Shown: positions 1 through 9,910, counted from the first letter of the stretch. The stretch is 61,046 nt of DNA from a virus (IMGVR_UViG_3300025513_000519:1-61046), one strand, 5' to 3'. Numbers and translations: made by a program. Notes: generated by a model not told the origin, from the sequence alone.

Positions 1-656
1 GCTGTAGGGTCGCTTTGAGGCTTCAGCGTCACGTTTATGCCCTGCTCGTGGAAGAACAATGCATTGTCCCAGTCACGTTCAAACCACTCTGGTACCATAA
101 CCATGTTGATTGTAACCTGCACGTCATGCTCTTGACAGAAGATTAGTTTGTCAGCAAAGTCCTGCATCTTAGCCACAGTGTCCAAATGCTCTGTGTGTAA
201 GCTGGCTGTAATGCTAGCACGATGAAAGGGCTTTACTGCTTCTACATACTGTTCAAACCACACCATGTTACGGCTACAGTTTGATGTCATATGAACACTA
301 GTATAATTAGTATTAAGAGCATCAACAGCAAGATGCTCAAGTATGCTGAGATACCCAGGATGAAAAGTAGGCTCGCCGCCAGAGAGACTAAAGTGAAAAC
401 TGTTGAATCCATTTTCTCTAGCTTGTCGTTTGATTTCATCTATTGTTTTTAAACACAGTTCTGTTGGTCTGTGGTCTTTTCGATCACTGCGAGCATATGG
501 CCAACAATAACTACACTTGTAATTACAAAATCTACCAAGCAACCAACTTACAGTGAAGATATCACGGTAGAGCAATGTCCTTTGCCCCACTGAAACAATA
601 TCGTCAAATGGTATTTTAGTAAAGTCGTAATTGCTCCATTTTAAATCTTCAGTCAT
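1..656 (-). CDS. Radical SAM protein (W-x-x-x-R-x-CNYxCSYC subfamily), runs off the left window edge
   Basis: Not in the ORF track; translated by hand from ATG at 656: MTEDLKWSNYDFTKIPFDDIVSVGQRTLLYRDIFTVSWLLGRFCNYKCSYCWPYARSD...FHFSLSGGEPTFHPG...HMTSNCS...ITASLHTE...VTINMVM. Has CxxxCxxC and GGEP, and is open to the edge. Confidence 0.9.
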   Translation of the reverse strand, partial: MTEDLKWSNYDFTKIPFDDIVSVGQRTLLYRDIFTVSWLLGRFCNYKCSYCWPYARSDRKDHRPTELCLKTIDEIKRQARENGFNSFHFSLSGGEPTFHPGYLSILEHLAVDALNTNYTSVHMTSNCSRNMVWFEQYVEAVKPFHRASITASLHTEHLDTVAKMQDFADKLIFCQEHDVQVTINMVMVPEWFERDWDNALFFHEQGINVTLKPQSDPT

Positions 657-662
657 AGCACA

Positions 663-691
663 AGTATACTGTTTATATGTAAATTAGTCAA
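663..691 (-). promoter_or_regulatory. sigma70-type promoter TTGACT-N17-TATACT, probably leaderless
   Basis: Minus strand -35 TTGACT (691-686), 17-nt spacer, -10 TATACT (668-663), then 6 nt to the ATG at 656. The same two boxes recur at 25961-25989. Confidence 0.7.
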
Positions 692-692
692 G

Positions 693-1832
693 TTATAGAA
701 TCTCCGGTACGATAAACTGTTGAATGCGATTCCACAGCCAAGGATTTAGTGTTTTCCAAGTTTCGTCACGTATACCATTTAATCTAATATCGTTTCGTAT
801 AAACATACCAAAATCGCCGGGTTTCTCCAGTTCAGTTATAAGAAGTTTGAATACGTTGCCGTTACGTCCGTAGCTTTTTGCTTTTGCTTCCAATTGCGGA
901 ATCAGTTCTGCTTTAACAGTGTCTGGTATATGTCTTGGCATGATCCAATTAGGACCGTCGACTACAACATAATCGTGGTATAGTTTATTTTTAAGACACC
1001 ACATAATTAAATCATCAATCATATTTATATTATATATACTTGCCACACTATGAACGTTAAAATCTATAGGACAACCTGCAAACATTTCCTTATACCATGC
1101 TACGTTTTCTTCTACTTGCTGCCAGTTGCTGCCTTTTCGTAAAAAGTCGTTCATAGGACCATAACTGTCAATGCTAAAGGTAATGGTCATTTTTTTACAT
1201 TGCTTGAATAACTCAGTTAGTTCTTCATTTGGACGTTGTGTAGTATTAGTAACCAGTAAAATTACAAGTTCTGACAAGTTGCATTTTTTAATAAGTTTAA
1301 TAAACTTTTCTTGTTCCATCAATGGCTCGCCGCCTAATAATTTAATAAAACGCAAGTCACTTAAGTCGTAGTCTTCTACAATACTATTACGGGCCAATAC
1401 ACCGCGTTGTTCAAATCCATACAGCATTTTCTTAGCATCACTGTACCACTGTGTACTAAGTTCAGGGCCACACATACGACACTTGTTGTTACACACATTA
1501 CTAAATGCTAAATCTAGGTTTGTTAGTTTTGGAATCTCTCCGCGGTTTTCTTTTGGTAATCCAAATTCAGTAAACGGAGAGTTCATATCAGTACGCATAC
1601 TTTTGCCGCTGTCTGCTTCGTCGGCATAACACTTGCTGCACCCTTCTATGTATTCGTCCTTTAGCATACGTTCACGTATGTCTATCATAAACGGATGATT
1701 AAAAGGATCAGGGTGCGACGTGTTTAAATCTTTAGGAACAGTTTCTTCTCTGAAATAACAACAAGGACGTATGCCGCCGTCAGGACGTATAGCCATATGA
1801 TGGAACGGCAATACACACCTGTGCTTATACAT
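693..1832 (-). CDS. Radical SAM protein with N-terminal SPASM/twitch-like Cys cluster
   Basis: CVLPF..RPCC..CSKC precedes CNNKCRMC; GGEP present. Confidence 0.9.
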   Translation of the reverse strand: MYKHRCVLPFHHMAIRPDGGIRPCCYFREETVPKDLNTSHPDPFNHPFMIDIRERMLKDEYIEGCSKCYADEADSGKSMRTDMNSPFTEFGLPKENRGEIPKLTNLDLAFSNVCNNKCRMCGPELSTQWYSDAKKMLYGFEQRGVLARNSIVEDYDLSDLRFIKLLGGEPLMEQEKFIKLIKKCNLSELVILLVTNTTQRPNEELTELFKQCKKMTITFSIDSYGPMNDFLRKGSNWQQVEENVAWYKEMFAGCPIDFNVHSVASIYNINMIDDLIMWCLKNKLYHDYVVVDGPNWIMPRHIPDTVKAELIPQLEAKAKSYGRNGNVFKLLITELEKPGDFGMFIRNDIRLNGIRDETWKTLNPWLWNRIQQFIVPEIL

Positions 1833-2379
1833 TCCAATACTCCGGTTGCATAGGATCTACGCTCAGCTCGTTGATGCACAAATGCTTCGGCTGATCTGCA
1901 ATCCACTTGATGTATTCAGCTGCAACATCAATATCCATTGTTCGACGATCTAGATGCTTTTCTTGATTGTTTGATAAAGTGCCAAAACTGATATAACTTA
2001 ATTTTGGACCGTTTGCCCATACGCCGTTTAAACCTAGTGTATTACTGTAATCACGCAACGCTTTCTTTTCTGCATTGTATAACCATGCACCACCCTTTTT
2101 AACACGGTCAGTTGTACTACCGATATTAATGATATGACAGTTGTGTTTTTCTAATACACATTTATGGTATACAATATTTAACAATGTGGTTTGATTGAAC
2201 TTGTATAATGCTGCACAATTAATAAAAACATCATGTTTGCATACCGACTCAGCAAGACGTTCCTGATCTAATTTTGTACTTAAATCATACCCAGTGCTGC
2301 GACTACAAAATTCAGCGTCAGGATATAATTTTGCTAGCTCGCCGGCTAAGCCTTTGTTACTATTACCTGTTATTAGCAT
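1825..2379 (-). CDS. Short-chain dehydrogenase/reductase (minimal SDR)
   Basis: N-terminal LITG..GL Rossmann strand, DVFINCA, IINIGS, catalytic YxxxK (YNAEK). Confidence 0.8.
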   Translation of the reverse strand: MLITGNSNKGLAGELAKLYPDAEFCSRSTGYDLSTKLDQERLAESVCKHDVFINCAALYKFNQTTLLNIVYHKCVLEKHNCHIINIGSTTDRVKKGGAWLYNAEKKALRDYSNTLGLNGVWANGPKLSYISFGTLSNNQEKHLDRRTMDIDVAAEYIKWIADQPKHLCINELSVDPMQPEYWNV

Positions 2380-3538
2380 CTACAACTCCAATGTCTGCAT
2401 GATTACTTAAAACGTCAAAGTATTTTTCTGAAAATTTACTTTTTGGTGCGCACAACCCGCAACCGCAAGTGTGCTTAGGACAAATGATAGTCGGTAGTGT
2501 TTTTTGTTCTAACATATTTCGCAGATTTTCTATTATCTTTTTGCCTTCGCTGATTTTTCCGATGCGTCCTCTAGTGCCATCAAACCTTGCTTGACAAGTT
2601 TGATGATGATAGACACCGTCTGTTTGTTGTTCAAGATGCAAAAAGAACCAATTAACACTACAATGCCATCCTTTGAATTCTCTAAAATCCACAAAAGTAC
2701 TTTTTTTAGATTCGGCACCAGAAGATAGACACATTTCTCTACTACCGCAGCAAGGTCTTCCGATTTTTAAGCCTAGCTTTTTAGCTTCGTTTGTAGGCTC
2801 TCCAGTGGCTCTTAGTCTATCAGCTGTTTCTGTCTCGTTGTTTAACTCGGCATTTTTATATTTCCAATAGTTTTTCATGTAATCCAATTGTTCGTCAGTG
2901 TACTTATGAGCAAAATTGCTAGCACTGTCTGGTTCTTCTCCAATTATTCTTGGGACATATTTTATATTATTTTTATGTAGGAAGTTGCAGAGCTCTTTAC
3001 ATTCATCAAAGTAAGCAGCATGAAACATTACATTTACACTTAGAGTAAAGTTATGGGCTGGTCCGTCATTGTGAAATTGTAAAATACGGTCTCTTACCTG
3101 TTGTTTTAGCTTGTCGTTACTTTCGGCGTGATAGCTTACTGTGGCATGTCCAAAATTTTCCATCACTGCCGATGCCATTTTTTTGCTCATTGCACCATTG
3201 GTAGTCAATGAAAATCCGCAATGCCATTTGTCTGCATATTTTTTCTCATACTGTTCTTTTAGATATTTTGCAAATGGAATAAAATTAGGGTTTACTGTGG
3301 GTTCTCCGCCTGTAAATCCAATATTTGCTTCTTTGAATTTTCTGTGGGACATATATAGATCAATATATTCATACAAAAAGTCAACATTACTTTTTAACGA
3401 GTCTAGTGTTGCGTGTGACGAAAAATTGTCGTGCCTGTGAGCAGGACAATAACTGCAATCATAATTGCATCTTCTACCTGTATCCCATGTTACTTGAAAT
3501 ACTCCGCCGGTTAATAAGTCGATGGTATCAAAGCTCAT
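2363..3538 (-). CDS. Radical SAM protein with C-terminal Cys cluster
   Basis: WDTGRRCNYDCSYC, GGEP; C-terminal RPCCG, GWHC, CPKHTCGCGLC. Confidence 0.9.
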   Translation of the reverse strand: MSFDTIDLLTGGVFQVTWDTGRRCNYDCSYCPAHRHDNFSSHATLDSLKSNVDFLYEYIDLYMSHRKFKEANIGFTGGEPTVNPNFIPFAKYLKEQYEKKYADKWHCGFSLTTNGAMSKKMASAVMENFGHATVSYHAESNDKLKQQVRDRILQFHNDGPAHNFTLSVNVMFHAAYFDECKELCNFLHKNNIKYVPRIIGEEPDSASNFAHKYTDEQLDYMKNYWKYKNAELNNETETADRLRATGEPTNEAKKLGLKIGRPCCGSREMCLSSGAESKKSTFVDFREFKGWHCSVNWFFLHLEQQTDGVYHHQTCQARFDGTRGRIGKISEGKKIIENLRNMLEQKTLPTIICPKHTCGCGLCAPKSKFSEKYFDVLSNHADIGVVDANNR

Positions 3539-4848
3539 TTTACATACTCCTTAAATAACGGTTCTACTTCAAGCAAATCTTCAAATCTTATTTTGTCTAA
3601 TTGTTTAGTATAGTTTTTAAAACTATCCCAGTGATCGTGGTAATAACTGTCGCTGTTCATATATGTTATTACTCCATTTTTAATTTTTTTAGCATGTTCA
3701 ATTACATGCCTTTCTAATTGGCTTTCAATTGTCCAATTATAGAACTTTTCGAATTCATCTGTTATGTGTTTTTTCATTTCATTGGGTAACACTCTTATAT
3801 TTAGATGTTTAGGATGATGAGCCACATGATAGGTAATTATAGGCCTATGAATAGATGAATTTATTTTTTTAAAGTTACTGTTAGTTAGTTTCCATTTCAT
3901 AAAATCAATCATGTGATATACATTATACGCAGTAACCGTAAATGCTAGCCACCCTACGATATTAGTGTTAGAGGTATCTAATGCATACAGATTTTTTAAA
4001 GTTTTATTCCATTTCGCAGGATGGCGTTGGTATTCAAAAACCTTTTCCATGCCATCTATGCTTGCGCCCACTCTAACCTGTTTAAATTCTTTCCATAGGT
4101 TGAGTACTCTTGTAGGAAGTGTACTCAAATTTGTATTATATTCTACGATTATATTTTTAGCATAGTCTTCAGTAATACACTTTTCTAGAAATTCATAATG
4201 CCTGTCGATTAACATAGGCTCGCCGCCAGCAAAATAAACGTGTTCAATGTTTTTTATATTTTTTTCTAATTGTTGCCAAAATAACTCATTGTTAGGCCAG
4301 TTATAATCATCGGCTACTAATTTATTTCCTACTTTCTTAATAACAACTTCGCCGCTGGTATCGTGAAAAACATTTGTATTGTTTAGTTTTATCCAATCTG
4401 CATACCAACTATCGCTATCAGTAGGACCGCACATTCTACATTTTAAATTGCAAAAATTACCAAATCTTAAATCGTAATATCTTACTGGAGTTTTATCAGT
4501 ATCAATTACACCGTTAGAATCGGTTACTTGTTTGGCATCTTCTACATTGAATTTCCATTGTACATTTTCGTAACTGCGTCTACTTACTAAACCGTTTTCT
4601 TCTTCTTGTCGACAACGTCCGCACTCTTCGCTCCAAACACCTTGCATCATATTCAACCGCATTGCATTCATCAGTTCTGCATTTCTAGATTCGTCGAGAT
4701 TGTCAGTACCTGCATTATATGCAGTTCCATCTGGTTTTCTAATAACACCTTTGTTTTTTGTTACGTTAGCTTGACAGCAAACTCTCAGATCTCCGTTGGC
4801 TCTAGCTGCTTGAAATATCCAAGGTATTGGGCAAAATGTATTAGTCAT
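3535..4848 (-). CDS. Radical SAM protein with N-terminal SPASM/twitch-like Cys cluster
   Basis: Start reassigned to MTNTFCPIPW (4848; ATGA overlap with the upstream stop). VCC..CGRC, CNLKCRMC, GGEP. Confidence 0.9.
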   Translation of the reverse strand: MTNTFCPIPWIFQAARANGDLRVCCQANVTKNKGVIRKPDGTAYNAGTDNLDESRNAELMNAMRLNMMQGVWSEECGRCRQEEENGLVSRRSYENVQWKFNVEDAKQVTDSNGVIDTDKTPVRYYDLRFGNFCNLKCRMCGPTDSDSWYADWIKLNNTNVFHDTSGEVVIKKVGNKLVADDYNWPNNELFWQQLEKNIKNIEHVYFAGGEPMLIDRHYEFLEKCITEDYAKNIIVEYNTNLSTLPTRVLNLWKEFKQVRVGASIDGMEKVFEYQRHPAKWNKTLKNLYALDTSNTNIVGWLAFTVTAYNVYHMIDFMKWKLTNSNFKKINSSIHRPIITYHVAHHPKHLNIRVLPNEMKKHITDEFEKFYNWTIESQLERHVIEHAKKIKNGVITYMNSDSYYHDHWDSFKNYTKQLDKIRFEDLLEVEPLFKEYVK

Positions 4849-5654
4849 TTTTTTATTTCTTCGATTACTTGTTCTACTCTTGAATGTGCCCATTCTCGTT
4901 CTTTACACCACCAACAATCCTGACATTCTGGAATATACATACCCGGAACATATTTGGTGAAATCTTCGCAGTAATGTTTTATAATCTCATGCATGTTGAT
5001 ATCACCTTCACAACTTCTTGTTAAGGATAGTAAGTCAAGTATATTATGCAAATAGTAGTTTGCAATTATCCAGTCTTTTTTTACAAATTTAAAAGGATAA
5101 CAGAAGTTCATTTTTGAATTACTAAACCACAGATCTGTTAGCTCACCGTTTTCGGCATCTTTATCTCTATTTAACATTCTATCTGTTCTAGAGTCGTCAT
5201 AATTTTTGCTGGTAGCATTAAATACTGCGTCAAAGTTTTTTTCCCAAGCTATATATCCATTGAAGCTGCCAACGATTATTTGGTCGCCGCTTCTATCATT
5301 GATAATATTTCCAATTACACCATGTTCTAATTCTGGAGGAATAAATGCAGTGTGCCTGTCTTGTATGATATCAGGAAACATTGATTTTATTTTATCAAAT
5401 ACCTGCATTGAGATATGCCCTTGCCAGGGCCGAGATGTCCAACATCTCGTGTATGTAATCACATCAATTTTAGTGGATAGATTATTATCCGAAATTATTT
5501 TACAAAGCAAATAAGTTAACAACGCACTGTCGGCGCCGCCGCTTAGATTAACTCCAATTTTTTTCCAGTTAGTATTAAAGGGAATATCCAGTCCATTTAC
5601 GTTTGTTAGAAGGACATTTAAATCCTTATATAATATATTATTATCTTCAAACAT
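4845..5654 (-). CDS. QueC-like PP-loop ATPase (adenine nucleotide alpha-hydrolase fold)
   Basis: IGVNLSGGADS PP-loop; C-terminal TRSC...CQDCWWCKER resembles the QueC Zn site. Start reassigned to MFEDNN (GGGAG upstream). Confidence 0.75.
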   Translation of the reverse strand: MFEDNNILYKDLNVLLTNVNGLDIPFNTNWKKIGVNLSGGADSALLTYLLCKIISDNNLSTKIDVITYTRCWTSRPWQGHISMQVFDKIKSMFPDIIQDRHTAFIPPELEHGVIGNIINDRSGDQIIVGSFNGYIAWEKNFDAVFNATSKNYDDSRTDRMLNRDKDAENGELTDLWFSNSKMNFCYPFKFVKKDWIIANYYLHNILDLLSLTRSCEGDINMHEIIKHYCEDFTKYVPGMYIPECQDCWWCKEREWAHSRVEQVIEEIKK

Positions 5655-6906
5655 TTCTAATAATCTCCCCGTCGATAAATTTATAATTTTGTATATGGTC
5701 ATTAAAGTTTTGTTTCCATATACCGTCGCTTTTTCGTATGTATACTTTAAATGCTTCCCAATGTTTTTCGTCAGCTCGATGATTGGTTATATAAGTTTTT
5801 ATATTTTCCAGTGCGCTTAATGCACTTCTATGAGCACTTTCTCTTATGTTAGCTACATTAAGATTTTTAATATATTTTTGTGTGTCTTCGATATCATGTA
5901 ATGTTTGTTCTTTGTAATGCAACATCATCAGTGCAGGATTTAAATAATCAGGAGTAAAAATAATACTACTGTATATATAATTTGCATCTAATGTTAAAAA
6001 TCCTGCAAATATATCCTTTATTTCCATAATTTGATAAGCACCTGTTGTACAAACCAAGTTAATTTCTGTTTTGGTGTTTACACTTCTAAACGCAGCCATG
6101 TTCTGTTTTAATTTTTGCCAATCGCCTTGTCTAAAGTACGGATACAAACGTGGTCCTGCATCTACACTTATCATTATACGACTGATTCCAAATTTTTGCA
6201 AGAGATTGTTTAATTGAACTGGATCAAAATCTGTATTAAAATTTGTGTGGAACATTATCATCATACGGCGTGCATTGGGATGTTCACTAAGTTTCTCGAG
6301 AGTAGGAAAAAACTGTTTTTGATAAAGTACTTCACCGCCGGCAAAGTCTACCCGTTCTAGTCGAGGAAAGTTTGTATTTAGGTCGTTGACAATTTCTAAT
6401 GCACGTTCGGTACTTATACTCATTGTTAAATCGTCGTCAGGAGATTTTCTATGCATTGTACCAGTAAGCTGATGTAATCGATGTTGTGTATCTTCTGCAT
6501 CGCTAGTATAACGTTTTAGTTTGCTCATCCATCCGCTGCTAAAAACTTGACTACAATGCAAACAGCTCATATTGCAACTGTGACTAAAACGTATTTCTGC
6601 TGTACGCAATCCTTCAAAGTCTACACTACCATCATCGTGATAGTACTTTAACTTTACAGGTTCTTCCTGTCTCATGCTCTGGCCGCTGTTGGCACATTCT
6701 ACACGCTCGCACATATCACAGCCACGTGGCCAGGTACCGCTCATCAAATCTCTTCGATGTGCCTTAAAACTTTCGCTGTTAAAAAACTTACTTGGAAGAT
6801 ATTCCTGATCTAATATTACCAGCTGATCACTCTGCTGAGGACAACTAGTAACAAACCCGTTTTTAAAATTTATGCCTCCGAGTGCATAGTAGCATGGTAA
6901 ACTCAT
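5647..6906 (-). CDS. Radical SAM protein with N-terminal SPASM/twitch-like Cys cluster
   Basis: PCYY..TSCP..CDMC, CNMSCLHC, AGGEV. Confidence 0.88.
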   Translation of the reverse strand: MSLPCYYALGGINFKNGFVTSCPQQSDQLVILDQEYLPSKFFNSESFKAHRRDLMSGTWPRGCDMCERVECANSGQSMRQEEPVKLKYYHDDGSVDFEGLRTAEIRFSHSCNMSCLHCSQVFSSGWMSKLKRYTSDAEDTQHRLHQLTGTMHRKSPDDDLTMSISTERALEIVNDLNTNFPRLERVDFAGGEVLYQKQFFPTLEKLSEHPNARRMMIMFHTNFNTDFDPVQLNNLLQKFGISRIMISVDAGPRLYPYFRQGDWQKLKQNMAAFRSVNTKTEINLVCTTGAYQIMEIKDIFAGFLTLDANYIYSSIIFTPDYLNPALMMLHYKEQTLHDIEDTQKYIKNLNVANIRESAHRSALSALENIKTYITNHRADEKHWEAFKVYIRKSDGIWKQNFNDHIQNYKFIDGEIIRNV

Positions 6907-7178
6907 TGTTTAATCAAATATTTTTTGCTGTTGTCAATAACCCACTGACGTTCTTTGCAGAAGAAACAGACTTTGCATGCCGGAGGCTGTTCGTCTTCAA
7001 TGTGAATCCACATTTCGCCGAGTATACTTAATCCAATTCGGTTAAATTTAGCATCAAAATGAAATGGTAACCCATTTACATCATGTATATCAGGATACGC
7101 TTTATTATGAAAGCTTTCGTATCTATTTTTAAAAGTTTCATCAGTGTATTGTTTTTTAAGTTCTTCAAATGTTTGCAT
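6903..7178 (-). pseudogene. Internally deleted QueC-like paralogue (N- and C-termini fused in frame, PP-loop missing)
   Basis: VNGLPFHFDAKFNRIGLSI matches VNGLDIPFNTNWKKIGVNL of 4845-5654, then within ~12 residues jumps to PACKVCFFCKERQW (cf. PECQDCWWCKEREW). Confidence 0.7.
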
Positions 7179-8568
7179 TGAAAATTCCTTTCATTTCAGG
7201 GAATGTTTCCTCAAATGTTATTCCTCTTTGACGATCGCATAATCGTAAAAATTCTTGCATTTCAGGTAAACGCTGTGTCCAATCTTCGCTTTCCATAAAT
7301 TGGAGCATGCCGTTAAGGCGTTTGATTCCGTATGGAGCAACCATAAACTGTTCTTTGGTAACTTTGCCTTTGTGCCAACTAGGTACGCCCAGTTCCCAAT
7401 TAGACTCCCACCATGGATAAAATTCTTCATATTTTTTACGTACTTCTGCCTTGAACCATTCAGGCAATACTTTAACATTTAGATGCGGTGGATGATAAAC
7501 AAAATGATAGTTGATGCCGCCAGCGCCAAATGGCCACATGTTAATTTTTTTAAATCCTTGCTCTAGTTTCCAACGAATAAAATCAGGAATGTAATAGATG
7601 TTGAGTGCTTGTACAGCACACGCAACAGTGATTTCAGTATTATCTGGAGTTTCGTTATCAAGAATGTGAAAAACTTCTTCAGTACGTTTCCACTTACTAG
7701 GGTAACGGATGTAGTCATTCATTTCATGTATACTATCTACACTGTAATGAAAGCGTACTAACTTAAACTCTTTCCATAAATCAAACAAGTCATCTCGCCA
7801 TTCGACACCATTGCTGTTATAACGCAACTCAAGATCTTTTGCTACACCTTGACGTATTGCTTCTTCTAGTATTTCATAGTGTTCTTCAATAATTAAGCTT
7901 TCGCCGCCTGCAAAATAAATCTGTTGCATATTTGGCATCTGTTCATAGAACTGTTTCCAAAAAGTAGGATTTTGCTTGTGCCAGTTATAACTGCTGCCGT
8001 TGGTGCTGCCTTTGTCCTGCCACTGCATAGTTTCTTTCAGCGACTCATTTTTAACTTCAGGGAAAATCTTTTTGTAATCTTTGATCCATCCGCTGCTGTC
8101 GTGCGGGCTACACATTACACACGCAAGTTGACACTTAGTACCAAAACGTAAATCAATGTATGCTAACTGAGGCGGAACTTCGCCATCTTCTGTTGTGTTG
8201 GCAATCAAGTCGTTTATATTTGTGCGTTGACTCCAATATGCAGTTTCCCACATGCGTTTTGAATTATGTCCAGCTGCTTCTTCTTTGTAGCATTTTAAAC
8301 AACTAGGTGGCTTTTCGCCGTTGAGCATTTGCTTGCGAACATTTTTCATGTAGTTGCTGTTCCAAGCAGTTTCAAAATCTGTAACGTTTAGGTTATTTGG
8401 CTTGCCGTCATCAGTTTTTAATATGCCTACTTGTCCGCCATGCTCTTTGTCATTGGTAGGGCCAACGCTGCTGGCATTTGCAGTACAGCAAACTCTCATA
8501 CTACCGTCTGGTCTTGTACTTAAATGCACCCACGGTAGAATGCAAAATGTGTCACTAACTTTACTCAT
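7165..8568 (-). CDS. Radical SAM protein with N-terminal SPASM/twitch-like Cys cluster
   Basis: TFCILPW..VCC..CLKC, CQLACVMC, AGGES; C-terminal DRQRGITFEETFPEM. Confidence 0.92.
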   Translation of the reverse strand: MSKVSDTFCILPWVHLSTRPDGSMRVCCTANASSVGPTNDKEHGGQVGILKTDDGKPNNLNVTDFETAWNSNYMKNVRKQMLNGEKPPSCLKCYKEEAAGHNSKRMWETAYWSQRTNINDLIANTTEDGEVPPQLAYIDLRFGTKCQLACVMCSPHDSSGWIKDYKKIFPEVKNESLKETMQWQDKGSTNGSSYNWHKQNPTFWKQFYEQMPNMQQIYFAGGESLIIEEHYEILEEAIRQGVAKDLELRYNSNGVEWRDDLFDLWKEFKLVRFHYSVDSIHEMNDYIRYPSKWKRTEEVFHILDNETPDNTEITVACAVQALNIYYIPDFIRWKLEQGFKKINMWPFGAGGINYHFVYHPPHLNVKVLPEWFKAEVRKKYEEFYPWWESNWELGVPSWHKGKVTKEQFMVAPYGIKRLNGMLQFMESEDWTQRLPEMQEFLRLCDRQRGITFEETFPEMKGIFNANI

Positions 8569-8572
8569 ATTG

Positions 8573-8579
8573 TATTTAT
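8573..8579 (-). promoter_or_regulatory. T4-like late promoter motif ATAAATA, 4 nt before ATG
   Basis: ATAAATA-caat-ATG; same geometry as upstream of the gp25-like gene. Confidence 0.55.
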
Positions 8580-8611
8580 TTTAAAAAATTTGATGATGCT
8601 GCAAGTTCGAA

Positions 8612-9910
8612 TTAGCTAGTATAATAACTGCCAACGGGTCTTTTTAAATCTTTTATATTAGGAACATATCTTTCGCTTTGCGGAAATTGTTCATATAAAT
8701 GCTCTATCATAGGTTGCATGTGAGGAAATAATTTGTTCCAATCTTTTTGAGGTCTTTTAATTTTAAAATAGTTAAATGCTACATCAAAGTCTATTGGACT
8801 GGTATCGACTATTTTGGTGCCAATTAAATTATGAATATTTTGTAGATGGTCGACAAGGTAATTAAGATTTTGATTATTATTACAATATTCAATGGCGCGA
8901 TCTATATCGTTTTTAAAATACATAGGCATACCTACAATGCTCATTCCTGGTTCTACAGCATAATTAAACGAATCCTCGGGATGTAAAAATTTAGTTGTGT
9001 CATCCTTAAAAATATCGTAGTAAAATTCAATATCATCCTTAAAGTAAGGAGCACTAAATGCACTAATTGTATTAGCTAGTCTTATACTTACGTTGTCTAA
9101 TTTACAATCTAAAATATATTTTAAATTAGAAAATGCTCTATCCCAGTTTAGACCATACCTAATTGCTTCTGCTCTTTCTTCTACAGAATCGCAACTGAAA
9201 TCTAGTCGCCACTTAACATCTTTGTAATCTTTAAATAGCTTAATATAGTCATGGAAAACTTTAGGTTTTGTATTCAGGTTGGTATTCAATACAAAATTTA
9301 AATTTTGATTAGGCACTAATTTAATTATTTTAGAAATAAGTTCAAAGTTATGCGGATTATAAGTAGGCTCGCCACCGGATATAATAAACCAATAAGTAGT
9401 ATCTTTATTATATTTTTTTAAACTTAAATAATTAATAAAATTATTAAACGCAGTATTAAACCATTCTTCATTTGGTTTAGAAATGTTATATCCAACTTCT
9501 TTAGCCCAACTACTACTATCTTTTGGCGAACAATAGACGCATTTTAGATCGCAAGCACTACTTAAAGAAATAGTAAATCTATTTACAAAGTCTTCATTTA
9601 ATAATTTGTGTTTAATTTCTGTATCTAAGTTTTCTGTAAATTCGTTTCTTTTATCAAAAAAGCTATTAGGCATAAAGTTTATACAAGTTTTGCATCCAGG
9701 ATACGGTAACTCGTTTTTTATTATCATAGATTCTTTTCTATTTTTTAGTTCATTATTGTTTATTAAGATGTTTGGGTCAGCAAAGTCTTTAATGTCTAAG
9801 TGATAATCGTCAGCCTTACAACAGTTTTTTATAACATTTTTTGTAAATCTTAGATCCATACTAAAAAAGAGTTCACTACAGATATATTGTTTATTGGAAG
9901 TTGATTTCAT
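8612..9910 (-). CDS. Radical SAM protein with N-terminal SPASM/twitch-like Cys cluster (very AT-rich)
   Basis: ICSELF..NCCK..CKTC, CDLKCVYC, SGGEP; ATG at 9910 (MKSTSNK). Confidence 0.85.
   Translation of the reverse strand: MKSTSNKQYICSELFFSMDLRFTKNVIKNCCKADDYHLDIKDFADPNILINNNELKNRKESMIIKNELPYPGCKTCINFMPNSFFDKRNEFTENLDTEIKHKLLNEDFVNRFTISLSSACDLKCVYCSPKDSSSWAKEVGYNISKPNEEWFNTAFNNFINYLSLKKYNKDTTYWFIISGGEPTYNPHNFELISKIIKLVPNQNLNFVLNTNLNTKPKVFHDYIKLFKDYKDVKWRLDFSCDSVEERAEAIRYGLNWDRAFSNLKYILDCKLDNVSIRLANTISAFSAPYFKDDIEFYYDIFKDDTTKFLHPEDSFNYAVEPGMSIVGMPMYFKNDIDRAIEYCNNNQNLNYLVDHLQNIHNLIGTKIVDTSPIDFDVAFNYFKIKRPQKDWNKLFPHMQPMIEHLYEQFPQSERYVPNIKDLKRPVGSYYTS

Noticed and set aside
4845-7178. Complete 7-deazaguanine DNA-modification pathway, with the rSAMs as QueE
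   Set aside because: No FolE, QueD or DpdA is recognisable. The rSAMs are larger and carry auxiliary Cys clusters unlike QueE, so I assigned no gene symbols.
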